NCBI GenBank assembly: GCA_024206155.1
Contig: JAAGZR010000662.1
Coordinates: 1-63,553, forward strand
From: Aliivibrio sp.
GTDB lineage: Bacteria; Pseudomonadota; Gammaproteobacteria; Enterobacterales; Vibrionaceae
Reading direction: 5' to 3'
DNA length: 63,553 bases
The translations under genes were made by a program, and so were the position numbers. A model generated the notes under the pieces. That model was not told the DNA's origin. It saw only the letters and a list, made by a program, of their open reading frames with translations, and searched no databases. Below are positions 7,636-17,247 of the stretch, in pieces (position 1 is the first letter of the stretch; the number at the start of each line of letters is the position of its first letter).

Positions 7636-8055
7636 ATGAATATAGGGACCACTACTTACTTTATTATATCCGCCTTTAGAGGCAATAACTTAAAAGCTGA
7701 CGTAGTTTACACTAACGAGTTAGAAGATGTGCTCAAAGACAGAAACGAAGCTTATAAGAGGGCTGAAGGACGTTATAACGGAATTATGAAAGAAGTCTTT
7801 ATTGTAGAAGCACCTTCGCACTTAAGCAGTAATTATAAAAGTAGGGATTTAGCAAAATCAACTTTGTTAGAACTAGCTGAGGTGTTCGAGCAAGACCACA
7901 TCATGGAAATAGACGTGAACAACAACCTGCTTTATTTACACTATACAGTTGATGGCAATCAAGAGTACATAGGTAAAGTGAGGACGCAAGAACAAGAACC
8001 CCAAGGCGACTATACAAGAATCAGGAACTCTTACATAACGTTACTTGACAGCTAA
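7636..8055 (+). CDS. S-adenosylmethionine lyase (T3 gp0.3 SAMase-like)
   Basis: YFIISAFR, EGRY, EVFIV and FEQDHIM correspond in order to T3 SAMase YVLVSAFR, TGCY, EKTVRV and WEQDCVL; similar length; early-region position. Confidence 0.75.
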   Translation: MNIGTTTYFIISAFRGNNLKADVVYTNELEDVLKDRNEAYKRAEGRYNGIMKEVFIVEAPSHLSSNYKSRDLAKSTLLELAEVFEQDHIMEIDVNNNLLYLHYTVDGNQEYIGKVRTQEQEPQGDYTRIRNSYITLLDS

Positions 8056-8114
8056 CTTATGGTTTTAGTACTGCGGATATATACCTGCAGTGTCCTACCC
8101 TATGCTTGCTTAGG

Positions 8115-8144
8115 ATTATACACATACCTGCGAAAGCTTGTCAA
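8115..8144 (-). promoter_or_regulatory. Sigma70-type promoter antisense to the early genes
   Basis: Minus strand TTGACA-N18-TATAAT in an intergenic gap. Confidence 0.6.
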
Positions 8145-9131
8145 GTCTAAAATAGTTATAGTAGGAAAAATCAACAGTTATAAATTAGGAGGTGTTTATG
8201 GCAGGTGTGATCGTCGATGACATCGGCGCTATTAAAAACGAAGGTTGTCCCATTTATCGGATTAGAAAAATTAGCGACAGTTATAAGGGACTGTTGTTAG
8301 TGTCCGTAAATGGGATAGAAAGAAGAGTAACTAAAGAGCAATGGAAAATGCTTGAAGATTTTATGAGGAGCTGGTAATGGAATACGTAGTATTTAAAGGA
8401 AAAGAAGATATATTGTTTACGGTAGATGATAATAACCCAGACAAGGATGCCCACTTAAACGCTTTTGGGAAAAATAATCACGGGGCATACATTTTGTTAC
8501 CCGAACATCCTTGCGATTTAGAGTTATTCAGAGGTACCTTTAATGAAATTTTAACCGAAATAATAAAAAGAAAAAGGGAAATTAATGGGAAATAGTGGTA
8601 AAAAAGTTATATGTAGTGAGTGTCATTCAGCTACTTATGATTATATACCGCCTGATTATTATACCAGGCCACCGACACCTTCTTATTACAGGTGTAGATT
8701 ATGCGGACACGCAAGAAGGGAGCTAGAAGATGAGTAATGTTTTGTATTTTAAGGATTATCAAAAGAAAAAACCTAGACAAAAATTGATTGCTATCCATGA
8801 ATATGGTAAAGTCACTACTGAGGAAGGTTGGAACGGTTCGGAAGAAAGCTTAGTCAAAGTTAGGGACAGTATTACTAAAATCAATTCCTTATTTGAAAAG
8901 TTAAAGCAAATAAAGAGGGAAGACAGTAAAATTGGAGAGCCTTCATGCAATATAAAAAACGATGGAAAATAAGGAAAGATGGAATGAAAGAGATTATACC
9001 AAGTCACATATTTACAAAAGCGCACCAACTTGCTGAAGAAATTCGTTTAGATTTAACGTTTGAAGAAAAAGAAATGTTTATTTATGACCGTTTAATAGAT
9101 GAGTGTGTTGCCGAAATAATGGGAGAAGAAT

Positions 9132-10109
9132 ATGGTGACTATGAATAAAACCACGTTTTATAAATACCTAAAACTAGGGCACTATAAAAAACAACTACGT
9201 CAAAGAAAAGAAAGCTTAGAAAAGGTAGGGATACTGCGAGGAGGTAATAGCTCCGCACTGTACTACAATAAAGTTATAGGGATAAACCCAAAAGAAACCT
9301 TGCTAAGATACCTTGGGATGGAAATGCCTATAGATTTTGACTCTATGCTTCTTTTAGATGCAGGATTTTTAAACGAAACAGCTTATGAATCTTTGTTAAA
9401 TGAAGCTGGAATTAAATTTAAAGCCGAAGAAGAAATACCAGTTCAGTGGTTTATAACAACAAAATCCAATAAAAAAGTTAAGGTAACAGGGAGACCGGAT
9501 TGTGGTATACTTGACAAAATCAATGACAAATTGGCACTTATTTTGGAGCACAAACAAATTGCGAGCACCTGGAAAACCAAAGAACTATCTCACTGGGGCA
9601 TGGGACAACCTAAGCCGGAAAATGTGGTTCAAACTGCTCATTATAGTTGGATACATGGCAATTTGCCTGCCGTTCTTGTGTATTGCAGCCGTGCTTGGCA
9701 CGCTCTTAAAACTAAAAAAGACATCCTCTTGCAACCAGATCACCGAGCATTATTGGGGGACGAATATACATGGGGAGTAAAGCCCTTTATGACTTTGTAT
9801 GACGTTACCTGGGACAGTAATAATTTACTTTTTGAAGGCAGGAAGACAGCAATTAAACCTGACGGCATAAAAGAGTATTACGAATTAATAGCTAATTGCG
9901 CGGAAAGTAAAACTATACCTCAGAATTACTATGTCGATATATGGGGAAAGCCTATGAATAAAAAGAAACGAGAAAAATATTACGATTGGGCTCACATTCC
10001 TGAAGAAGATTATGAAGAATGGGTAGAGCTAATCCAAAATGAGTGTGATCTAGCTTGGCAAGAAGTGGAACAAAAAATTAAGGAACTGGAAGCTGAATTA
10101 ATTGACTAG
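9132..10109 (+). CDS. PD-(D/E)xK (RecB/Cas4-like) exonuclease
   Basis: TGRPDCG...LILEHKQ...QTAHY motifs; close to the ERF gene. Confidence 0.7.
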   Translation: MVTMNKTTFYKYLKLGHYKKQLRQRKESLEKVGILRGGNSSALYYNKVIGINPKETLLRYLGMEMPIDFDSMLLLDAGFLNETAYESLLNEAGIKFKAEEEIPVQWFITTKSNKKVKVTGRPDCGILDKINDKLALILEHKQIASTWKTKELSHWGMGQPKPENVVQTAHYSWIHGNLPAVLVYCSRAWHALKTKKDILLQPDHRALLGDEYTWGVKPFMTLYDVTWDSNNLLFEGRKTAIKPDGIKEYYELIANCAESKTIPQNYYVDIWGKPMNKKKREKYYDWAHIPEEDYEEWVELIQNECDLAWQEVEQKIKELEAELID

Positions 10110-10131
10110 TTGGCTACACTTATAGTATAAT
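10102..10131 (+). promoter_or_regulatory. Sigma70-type promoter for the middle genes
   Basis: TTGACT-N18-TATAAT. Confidence 0.6.
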
Positions 10132-10171
10132 ATTAATGTAAACGGCGAAGTTGCCGACGATAGGAGATTTT

Positions 10172-10483
10172 ATGAAGATATTTTTAATTGGTTTAATGTT
10201 TGTGAGCGCAACAGCTCAAGCAAAGTTTTGTAAAAAAGTAGCAGGAGCTGTAGGTTATTTAGACACAAATGAAGCAGTCACTGTAGACGGCAATGCTTTA
10301 ATTTCTGAGCTGGCTGCTAAAAACGATACGCTGGCAGATGCTATGTTTAGGTTGGCAGGAGATAAAGCTTGTAACATTCCTAAAGGATGTGTTAGCAGTA
10401 TCTTTCATGTGGTTGATAGCAAAAAAACAAACCGAACCCTAGAAGTTAGGTATAGTTGTAAAAAAGAAGAAGGAAGTATATAA
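10172..10483 (+). CDS. Putative secreted/periplasmic protein
   Basis: AGGAG SD; MKIFLIGLMFVSATAQA signal peptide (AxA); four Cys. Confidence 0.6.
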   Translation: MKIFLIGLMFVSATAQAKFCKKVAGAVGYLDTNEAVTVDGNALISELAAKNDTLADAMFRLAGDKACNIPKGCVSSIFHVVDSKKTNRTLEVRYSCKKEEGSI

Positions 10484-10938
10484 TGGGAATGTCTGCAGGA
10501 CTGGCTATTAAAATAGCTAGAATACAAGATCAATTAGGCACAGTCCAAAAAAGCTCTACAAATCCTTTTTTCAATAGTAAGTACATTGAAATTAATGAGT
10601 TATTAAGGGTGTTAAAGCCTTTAGCTAAACAAGAAAACTTGCTTATTAGCAATCCTCTTGACTCAGTTGGAGACAGTTCAGCTGTTGGTACTTTGATTGT
10701 AGATCTTGACAGTGGTGAAAATTTCTATACAAAGTGTAAACTTACAGACGCAAAGAACGCTCAAGATGCTGGAGGAGGTATCACATACTTTAGGAGGTAT
10801 GCTTTAATCAGTTTCTTTGGTCTTGATCAAGAGGATGATGATGCTAATAAAGCATCAAACGCTAAACCTAAAAAAGGTAAAGCAAGCACAACTAAAACTA
10901 ATAAAGCTAGTAATACTGGCGCAAAGTCATTATTTTAA
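10483..10938 (+). CDS. erf: ERF-family ssDNA annealing protein
   Basis: NPFFNSKY and QDAGGGITYFRRYALISFFGLDQEDDDAN signatures. Confidence 0.9.
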   Translation: MGMSAGLAIKIARIQDQLGTVQKSSTNPFFNSKYIEINELLRVLKPLAKQENLLISNPLDSVGDSSAVGTLIVDLDSGENFYTKCKLTDAKNAQDAGGGITYFRRYALISFFGLDQEDDDANKASNAKPKKGKASTTKTNKASNTGAKSLF

Positions 10939-10947
10939 GGAGATAAT

Positions 10948-11316
10948 ATGTACGTAGATTTAAGATTGAAAACTTCAAAAGCCGGAAACGATTATCTGTT
11001 TGGAGGCAAAAACGGGATATGGTATCGCATTATGAAAAACAAAGAGGGAAAAAACGTGTTAGCAAAAAGCACTAATTTAGATGAAGGGTTTAAAGACATT
11101 GACACTTTAACAGCTAAATCTAATGACAGAGGCCCTTATGAGTTTGGAAAGAACCAAGAAACTAACGAAGTGTTCTTTTTAACTAGAGCAGAAAATGCTG
11201 GAAAACCAATTTTCTATTCTAAAGGAGATAAGGCAGGAGAACCTGTGATGAAAAAAGATGGGACTCAACTTATTGGAGCTGACTTTACTTTAAATGTTAA
11301 AGAAGGAATCCAATAA
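10948..11316 (+). CDS. Hypothetical protein (possible ssDNA-binding protein)
   Basis: Follows ERF; beta-rich KTSKAGNDYLFG motif. Function is inferred. Confidence 0.45.
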   Translation: MYVDLRLKTSKAGNDYLFGGKNGIWYRIMKNKEGKNVLAKSTNLDEGFKDIDTLTAKSNDRGPYEFGKNQETNEVFFLTRAENAGKPIFYSKGDKAGEPVMKKDGTQLIGADFTLNVKEGIQ

Positions 11317-11735
11317 TGAAAGTCAAGATTAAAAAGCTTGATGCAAATGCGGTTATCCCGGTCAAGGCCAAAGCGAATGATGCAGGCCTTGATTTAACTT
11401 CTATAAGCGTAGAAAAAGGATTGTCTTACATTGAGTACGGAACAGGTTTAGCTTTTGAAATACCCGAAGGACATGTCGGGTATCTGTTTCCTCGAAGCAG
11501 TATCTCTAAGACTAGCTTGAGCCTTGCCAATTCTGTTGGGGTTATAGATTCAGGATACAGAGGAGAAGTAAAACTAAGATTTAAAAGGCCTAGACAATTA
11601 GGACCCATTTATGAAGTTGGTGATCGTATTGGACAATTGATTATAATGCCCATACCTACTATAGAATTAGAAGAAGTTAAACAACTTTCTAAAAGCCACA
11701 GAGGAGACGAAGGCTTTGGAAGTAGTGGAAGATAA
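11316..11735 (+). CDS. dut: Trimeric dUTPase
   Basis: AGLDL, PRSS, GVIDSGYRGE, GDRIGQL and RGDEGFGSSG motifs. Confidence 0.97.
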   Translation: MKVKIKKLDANAVIPVKAKANDAGLDLTSISVEKGLSYIEYGTGLAFEIPEGHVGYLFPRSSISKTSLSLANSVGVIDSGYRGEVKLRFKRPRQLGPIYEVGDRIGQLIIMPIPTIELEEVKQLSKSHRGDEGFGSSGR

Positions 11736-11765
11736 ATTAACACATTTTAAAATAAGGATAAAAAA

Positions 11766-12107
11766 ATGGATAAGATGGATTTAGTTAAATTATTGTTATG
11801 TGAAGAATCAAAAGGCTCTTGTAATTCGACAAAGAGCAAAGAAAGTGAAAGTCACCCATTTAAAATTGGAGCAAACTACCACGTTCGTACTGTTACTTAT
11901 GCAACTGCTGGTAAATTAAAAGCTATTTACGAAAAAGAAATGGTTTTTGAAAATGCTAGCTGGGTTGCGGACACAGGCAGGTTTAGTGAGTATGTTAAAG
12001 ACACTTCAAAACTTAGTGAAAATGAGTACGTTGGAGAAATTATAGTTAATAGGGATGCTATTGTAGACGTGATAGAAGTGAGCAGCGTTTATGAAAAGAC
12101 TAAATAA
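11766..12107 (+). CDS. Small beta-barrel-like phage protein, putative partner of the SRW peptides
   Basis: GANYHVRTVTYATAGKL...FENASWVADTGRF...IIVNRDAIVDV; from memory it resembles DUF6948-like phage proteins. Its 3' end overlaps peptide A1. Confidence 0.6.
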   Translation: MDKMDLVKLLLCEESKGSCNSTKSKESESHPFKIGANYHVRTVTYATAGKLKAIYEKEMVFENASWVADTGRFSEYVKDTSKLSENEYVGEIIVNRDAIVDVIEVSSVYEKTK

Positions 12108-12231
12108 CCATCACATTAAGTCTTGGTCTGGGTGTAGGTCTGGGTATATTTCTTGGTCTGGGTGTAGGTCTGGGTCTATGTTTGGGGTTTGGTCTAGTTC
12201 TCGGTCTAGGTCTAGGTCTGGGAGATCATAA
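12091..12231 (+). CDS. SRW peptide A1 (46 aa)
   Basis: MKRLNNHHIKSWSGCRSGYISWSGCRSGSMFGVWSSSRSRSRSGRS*; its stop overlaps the next ATG (TAATG). Confidence 0.7.
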   Translation: MKRLNNHHIKSWSGCRSGYISWSGCRSGSMFGVWSSSRSRSRSGRS

Positions 12232-12386
12232 TGAAAGCAATGAATAATTATTGGGGAAGACAAAAACCTGTTTCTTGGTCCAGTTCTAGATTTGGATGTA
12301 GGTTTACGTCATGGTCTTTATTTTGGAATAGGTCTTATTCTAGGTCGAGGTCAGGGTATTGGTCAGTACCTGAAAGTATAGGATAA
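12231..12386 (+). CDS. SRW peptide A2 (51 aa)
   Basis: MKAMNNYWGRQKPVSWSSSRFGCRFTSWSLFWNRSYSRSRSGYWSVPESIG*; GGAG SD. Confidence 0.7.
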   Translation: MKAMNNYWGRQKPVSWSSSRFGCRFTSWSLFWNRSYSRSRSGYWSVPESIG

Positions 12387-12403
12387 AATTACTAATTAAG
12401 GAG

Positions 12404-14323
12404 TTGAAATTGGCTGTTGAATATGAAGGTAAAAAATGGATTGCGGAATTTGTGCACTATCGCACATATGCGGAGGTTAAAGAAGACGGAAAAAAAGAAA
12501 CTAGAACTGAAGCTATAAATCGAACTAAAGATATGCACATTAAAAAGTTTCCCCATTTAGTTAGCGAAATTACTGCAGCCTTCAGTTACGTGTACAGGGG
12601 AATGGTAGTGCCGAGCATGAGAAGTTTGCAGTTTGGTGGAGAGGCTATTGAAAAAGTAAACGAGCGTATATACAATTGCGCATTCGCAAACATCACCAGT
12701 TGGGATGATATGCACGATGCTTTCTTTTTGTTGATGTGTGGCACAGGGTTTGGGTACTCGGTTAAACAAAGACATATCAGCCAGATGCCGTCAATACGTA
12801 AGCAATCTAAACATTTAGGAAAACTTAAATACACTATTGCAGACAAAAAAGAAGGGTGGGCAGATAGCATACGCATTTTAATGGATTATCCGACAGTAGA
12901 ATTTGACTATAACCAGATTAGGCCTAAAGGATCTCTAATTAGTAGTGGGGGTACGGCCAGCGGCCCAGAGGCTTTGATGAAAACACACGAAGCTATCCGC
13001 AGTACCCTACTCCAGGCAGGAGGTAGGAAGTTAACTAGCGTAGAAGTGCACGATATTATGTGCCACATAGCGGACGGCGTTGTTGTCGGCGGTGTGCGCA
13101 GGGCCGCTTTAATATGCCTGTTCGACGCAGACGACGAGGCGATGAATAAGGCAAAAGAAGGTGAATGGTGGGTGGAGAATCCCCAGCGAGGCCGAGCGAA
13201 TAATAGTGCGGTGATTTATCGAGCACCTACGACAAAAAATGGATATGATATAATACCACAATTTTCTAAAGAAGAATTAGAAGCTACAACTAACAACCAA
13301 ATAAAATCTATAATAGATTATATGTTTAATAGCGGCTCAGGAGAACCAGGTATAAGCTTATCAAATGATCCAGATATGGGGTTTAACCCTTGTCATGAGA
13401 TATCGCTTCTTGATGGTGGATTATGTAACCTCACGGAGGTTAATGTAAAAGCCTGTAGAACAGTCAACGAACTCTATGAAGCGACACGGGCAGCAACTGT
13501 CATTGGAACTTTACAAGCCAGCTACACAAACTTTAAAATTCTTCAACCTAAATGGAAAATCAACGCAGAAAAAGAAGCGTTGCTCGGCGTGTCTTTAACC
13601 GGACAAGCTGATAATTGGAAACTGCTCACTGAATTTTTACAAGTATTTAATATAGATTATGTTGTAAAATCAATTAATAAAATATTTGCAGACAGTATTA
13701 GCATCAGCCCAGCCAAGAGAATAACAACCACTAAACCTTCTGGAAGCACAAGTGCTTGGCTAGGATGTTCTAGTGGGATACACGCAGACCACGCGCCTTA
13801 TTATATAAGACACATCAGGATGGAAAACAATCACAAAATTGTGGAGGTCTTAACAAATGCCCAGTACCCTTTCTTGGAAAAAGATAACACAGACGCAGAT
13901 AAAATGGTCGTAGGATTCCCTGTAAAAGCTCAAGAAGGTGCCATAAACAAAACTGATGAAACGTCAATTGAGCTGATGAACAGAGCTAAATTTATTTATA
14001 ATAACTGGATATTAAAAGGACACAGATCGGGAAAAAACACCCACAATGTTAGTTTGACAGTAGAATATAAACCAGAAGAGCTCGAAGAAATAAAACAGTG
14101 GATGGTAGACAATAAAAACAGCTACGCTGGCATAAGCTTTTTGCCAAGGTTCGACAGTACCTATACGCAAATGCCATTCCAAACAATAGATAAGGAGACA
14201 TACGATGAGATGGTTTCAAAAATTACTAAGGAGATCGATTACAACGGCGTTGATTGGAGCGGTACTGTTGACGATCGTGCCGGTGAACTCGCTTGTAGCG
14301 GAGGCTCCTGCGAAATTACTTGA
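12404..14323 (+). CDS. nrdJ: Class II (adenosylcobalamin-dependent) ribonucleotide reductase, RTPR-like
   Basis: VPSMRSLQFGG, IYNCAF, VVGGVRRAALI, GFNPCHEI, LCNLTE, KPSGS and C-terminal ACSGGSCEI; no beta subunit seen. Confidence 0.95.
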   Translation: MKLAVEYEGKKWIAEFVHYRTYAEVKEDGKKETRTEAINRTKDMHIKKFPHLVSEITAAFSYVYRGMVVPSMRSLQFGGEAIEKVNERIYNCAFANITSWDDMHDAFFLLMCGTGFGYSVKQRHISQMPSIRKQSKHLGKLKYTIADKKEGWADSIRILMDYPTVEFDYNQIRPKGSLISSGGTASGPEALMKTHEAIRSTLLQAGGRKLTSVEVHDIMCHIADGVVVGGVRRAALICLFDADDEAMNKAKEGEWWVENPQRGRANNSAVIYRAPTTKNGYDIIPQFSKEELEATTNNQIKSIIDYMFNSGSGEPGISLSNDPDMGFNPCHEISLLDGGLCNLTEVNVKACRTVNELYEATRAATVIGTLQASYTNFKILQPKWKINAEKEALLGVSLTGQADNWKLLTEFLQVFNIDYVVKSINKIFADSISISPAKRITTTKPSGSTSAWLGCSSGIHADHAPYYIRHIRMENNHKIVEVLTNAQYPFLEKDNTDADKMVVGFPVKAQEGAINKTDETSIELMNRAKFIYNNWILKGHRSGKNTHNVSLTVEYKPEELEEIKQWMVDNKNSYAGISFLPRFDSTYTQMPFQTIDKETYDEMVSKITKEIDYNGVDWSGTVDDRAGELACSGGSCEIT

Positions 14324-14740
14324 AACGTGTAAATTAACTAAAGTTTTTGAGAACAAAAGGGCGCCCAAAAACGAGCGTCCTTTGTCTTGGTTGACAGGTA
14401 AAGAGTTTCTTGTTATAGTAGATCATATGGAGCGTAATCCTAACAGCTGCTTAGTTTATGTTGTTAGAAATCGCGAAACTAATCACATGCATTTTCAGTT
14501 TGACACAATAAGGAGAATAAAATGAAATACAAATACGCCGTACTCAGCTTCTTGCTGGTTGAAGGTTACATCTTTGGATTGTCTTATTATGTGCATCATC
14601 GGGACCCGACTGGAACTGGGTGGTATGAGGTCCCTTTAATTTTATCAAGCGTAGTGACACTGTCAATCCTAATCATTTTCATGTTAACAAAGGCAATACA
14701 GCAATAGGTAACATAGAATCATTAATCGAGGAAGAATGAA

Positions 14741-15214
14741 ATGAACATATTTGTAACAAGCAAATGCCCTACAAAAGCTGCTAAATTTTTAGATGATAAA
14801 AGGGTAGTTAAAATGGTACTGGAAAGTGCTCAAATGCTAAGCACGGCAATCACCGAACACGGAGGAAAAGCTCCTTACAAACCTACCCACAAAAACCACC
14901 CGTGCAACGTGTGGGCTCGTAAAACTAGGGCTAATTATTTGTGGTTGCTTAATCATTTTATTGCTCTCGCCAACGAATACACCAGTAGATATCAAAAAAT
15001 ACACAAATCTTTTAACTTACTTCCTCAGCTACTTCACGGTGCGGAACACATCCCTAACGGAAAGCTCACTCCTTTCGCTAATTGTGCTGCACATGCAGAG
15101 TTAGGCTTAAGTTATAAACACATTAAAGACATAGAAAAAGCTTATCAATTGTATTTAAATGATAGATGGGACACAGACAAAAGAATACCAACTTGGTATG
15201 GAGAGAATAGATGA
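14741..15214 (+). CDS. Pyrimidine-dimer DNA glycosylase/endonuclease V-like protein
   Basis: MNIFV...LDDKRVVKMVLESAQMLSTA...YKPTHKNHPC.VW.....NYLWL family signature. Confidence 0.8.
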   Translation: MNIFVTSKCPTKAAKFLDDKRVVKMVLESAQMLSTAITEHGGKAPYKPTHKNHPCNVWARKTRANYLWLLNHFIALANEYTSRYQKIHKSFNLLPQLLHGAEHIPNGKLTPFANCAAHAELGLSYKHIKDIEKAYQLYLNDRWDTDKRIPTWYGENR

Positions 15215-15882
15215 AAGTAACACCAATCGCCGTAACCAAACCCCTTGTTAAAGGGATCGACGACGCAGAACAGCTCGTATCATTCTGTGCCCGAGTATCC
15301 AACCCCAACAACCAACTAAATACGGCCACTGCTGACAGGTTGCTAGGTTACTGCTGGAGGCACAAGCATGTGAGTATTTTCGAGCAGGCGGACCTGACCG
15401 TCGAGATCGAGACAAGTCGCGCAATTAGTGCTCAGATTTTGAGGCACCGCAGCTTTGTCTTTCAAGAATTCAGTCAACGGTATGCCAAATCAACGGAGTT
15501 TGAGCCGGTAGTCTTGCGTAAGCAAGACACAAAAAATCGTCAGAACAGCACCGACACAATGAGCTGGAAGGACAAGGCTTACTTCAATACGAAAGTGGCT
15601 CTTTTCATTAAACACGCTGAAGAGTTTTATAACCAAATGTTAGATAACGGAGTCGCCAAAGAATGCGCTCGCATGATCCTACCCCTAACCACACAGACGC
15701 GCCTGTACATGAAGGGTAATTTACGATCTTGGATTAACTACTGCGCTGTACGTTGCGGACCTGAAACCCAGAAGGAACACAGGGATGTAGCTAAAGAATG
15801 CTGGAAGATTGTAAGGGAGCAATTCCCAGCCGTCGCTAAATTCGTCGAAGCTGAATACGAATACTTGAAGGAGGTGCAATAG
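15211..15882 (+). CDS. thyX: Flavin-dependent thymidylate synthase
   Basis: HVSIFE, QILRHRSFVFQEFSQRY, KECARMILP, NLRSW and TQKEHR. Confidence 0.97.
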   Translation: MKVTPIAVTKPLVKGIDDAEQLVSFCARVSNPNNQLNTATADRLLGYCWRHKHVSIFEQADLTVEIETSRAISAQILRHRSFVFQEFSQRYAKSTEFEPVVLRKQDTKNRQNSTDTMSWKDKAYFNTKVALFIKHAEEFYNQMLDNGVAKECARMILPLTTQTRLYMKGNLRSWINYCAVRCGPETQKEHRDVAKECWKIVREQFPAVAKFVEAEYEYLKEVQ

Positions 15883-16128
15883 TGTCTATAATAATATTAG
15901 ATACTTACAGCGTTTTAACTGCCAAAAACGTCTATTATTTGTAACTTTAATATGTCAGTAGCACATACTGACCGTGATTTGTTACACAAAGACAGACAAT
16001 ATACAAAACTGTATAATAAACGTCCACATAAAGACGACTCGTAAGATCTTTCTTACATTCTCCCCATTGGGAGTATTTTTGTAAGATCTATCTAACACTA
16101 ACCCAAAACATCCCCAAAGGGAGACACA

Positions 16129-16485
16129 ATGAACTCAATCACACTAAACGGCACCACCGTAACCTTGTCTCAAGACCTAATGAAAAAGCAGGCAATAGAA
16201 ATGGAAGGAGCGGCCGAAATCCTAGGACTACACGCCCGTAAACTAGCTCTCTATGCAGGCATGGAGGGGGCAGAAGACTTCAGCCTGTCAGCGTACGGTA
16301 TGGAACTGCGGAATGTCGAGTACGCTCTGCAACGCGCATGGGGATTTCCTCAAAGCGAGAAGTACCACAAGTTCTGGGAAGCACCGAGATGCACTTGTCC
16401 TAAGATGGACAACGAAGAAAGATACCCAAGTGGTATCTACGTAGTGATGACTGACTGCCCAGTACATGGAGACATAGACCGATGA
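16129..16485 (+). CDS. Conserved phage protein with probable Zn site
   Basis: LQRAWGFP...CTCPKMDN...CPVHG. Confidence 0.65.
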   Translation: MNSITLNGTTVTLSQDLMKKQAIEMEGAAEILGLHARKLALYAGMEGAEDFSLSAYGMELRNVEYALQRAWGFPQSEKYHKFWEAPRCTCPKMDNEERYPSGIYVVMTDCPVHGDIDR

Positions 16486-16988
16486 AATCGACAATTGGTT
16501 TTTAACAGACAGGAATGAATTAGATCATGAAGATGATGGATAATGAATATAGACACCCAACAGGGAATTACGTAATTAATGGGAATTGCCCAGTACACGG
16601 AAAGGAAGTTTATGCTTAAGTTTATTTACACGGAAGAAGGTGGACGAAACATTGTAATGACGCACAAAGATTACCCTTGTTTCGAAACCATGTGTGAAAT
16701 GTTTGCTGATTTTGTTTCGGCGAGAGGTTATGATCGAGAAGATTTATTTTATCAGCTTTCGGAAGACACGTTCCAAAACATCAGTCTAGATGACTTATGT
16801 TCTGAATGGAGGGAACAAGCAAAACAAAAAATAAAAGAAAAAGTAAATAAAAACCTTTTTTTTACTGAAACTCTTAAACACGCATCAATAGGGGTGCGTA
16901 GAGAGGCCTTAACATTCTTGGATGAAATTGTTGAAGAAGTTATTGACGTGGTAGTTTTTGAAGAGTCTTACTTCTTAAGGAAAAGAAA

Positions 16989-17246
16989 ATGACTGAGTTT
17001 GCGGGATGGATAAGCAGCTTAGCTTTCTCTCTGTGCGGACTTCCCCAAGTACTCCACACTTGGAGGACCGGAAAAACTGAGGGTTTGAGTACTGCCTTTT
17101 TAATGCTTTGGTTGTCTGGGGAAGTTTTTGGTTTTATATATATTAGCGGATTTGAAAAAATACCCCTGCCAATAGCTGCGAACTACACCTTAAACACTTT
17201 AGCAATAAGTTATTTGATGTACAAAAAATACAAAAAGGAAACTTAG
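16989..17246 (+). CDS. PQ-loop/SemiSWEET-like 3-TM membrane protein
   Basis: GWISSLAFSLCGLPQVLHTWRTGKTEGLS signature followed by two more hydrophobic helices. Confidence 0.85.
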   Translation: MTEFAGWISSLAFSLCGLPQVLHTWRTGKTEGLSTAFLMLWLSGEVFGFIYISGFEKIPLPIAANYTLNTLAISYLMYKKYKKET

Positions 17247-17247
17247 T

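Noticed and set aside
9132-10109. Cas4 as evidence of a CRISPR system
   Set aside because: No clear Fe-S Cys cluster, no cas1/cas2; context with ERF fits a recombination exonuclease.
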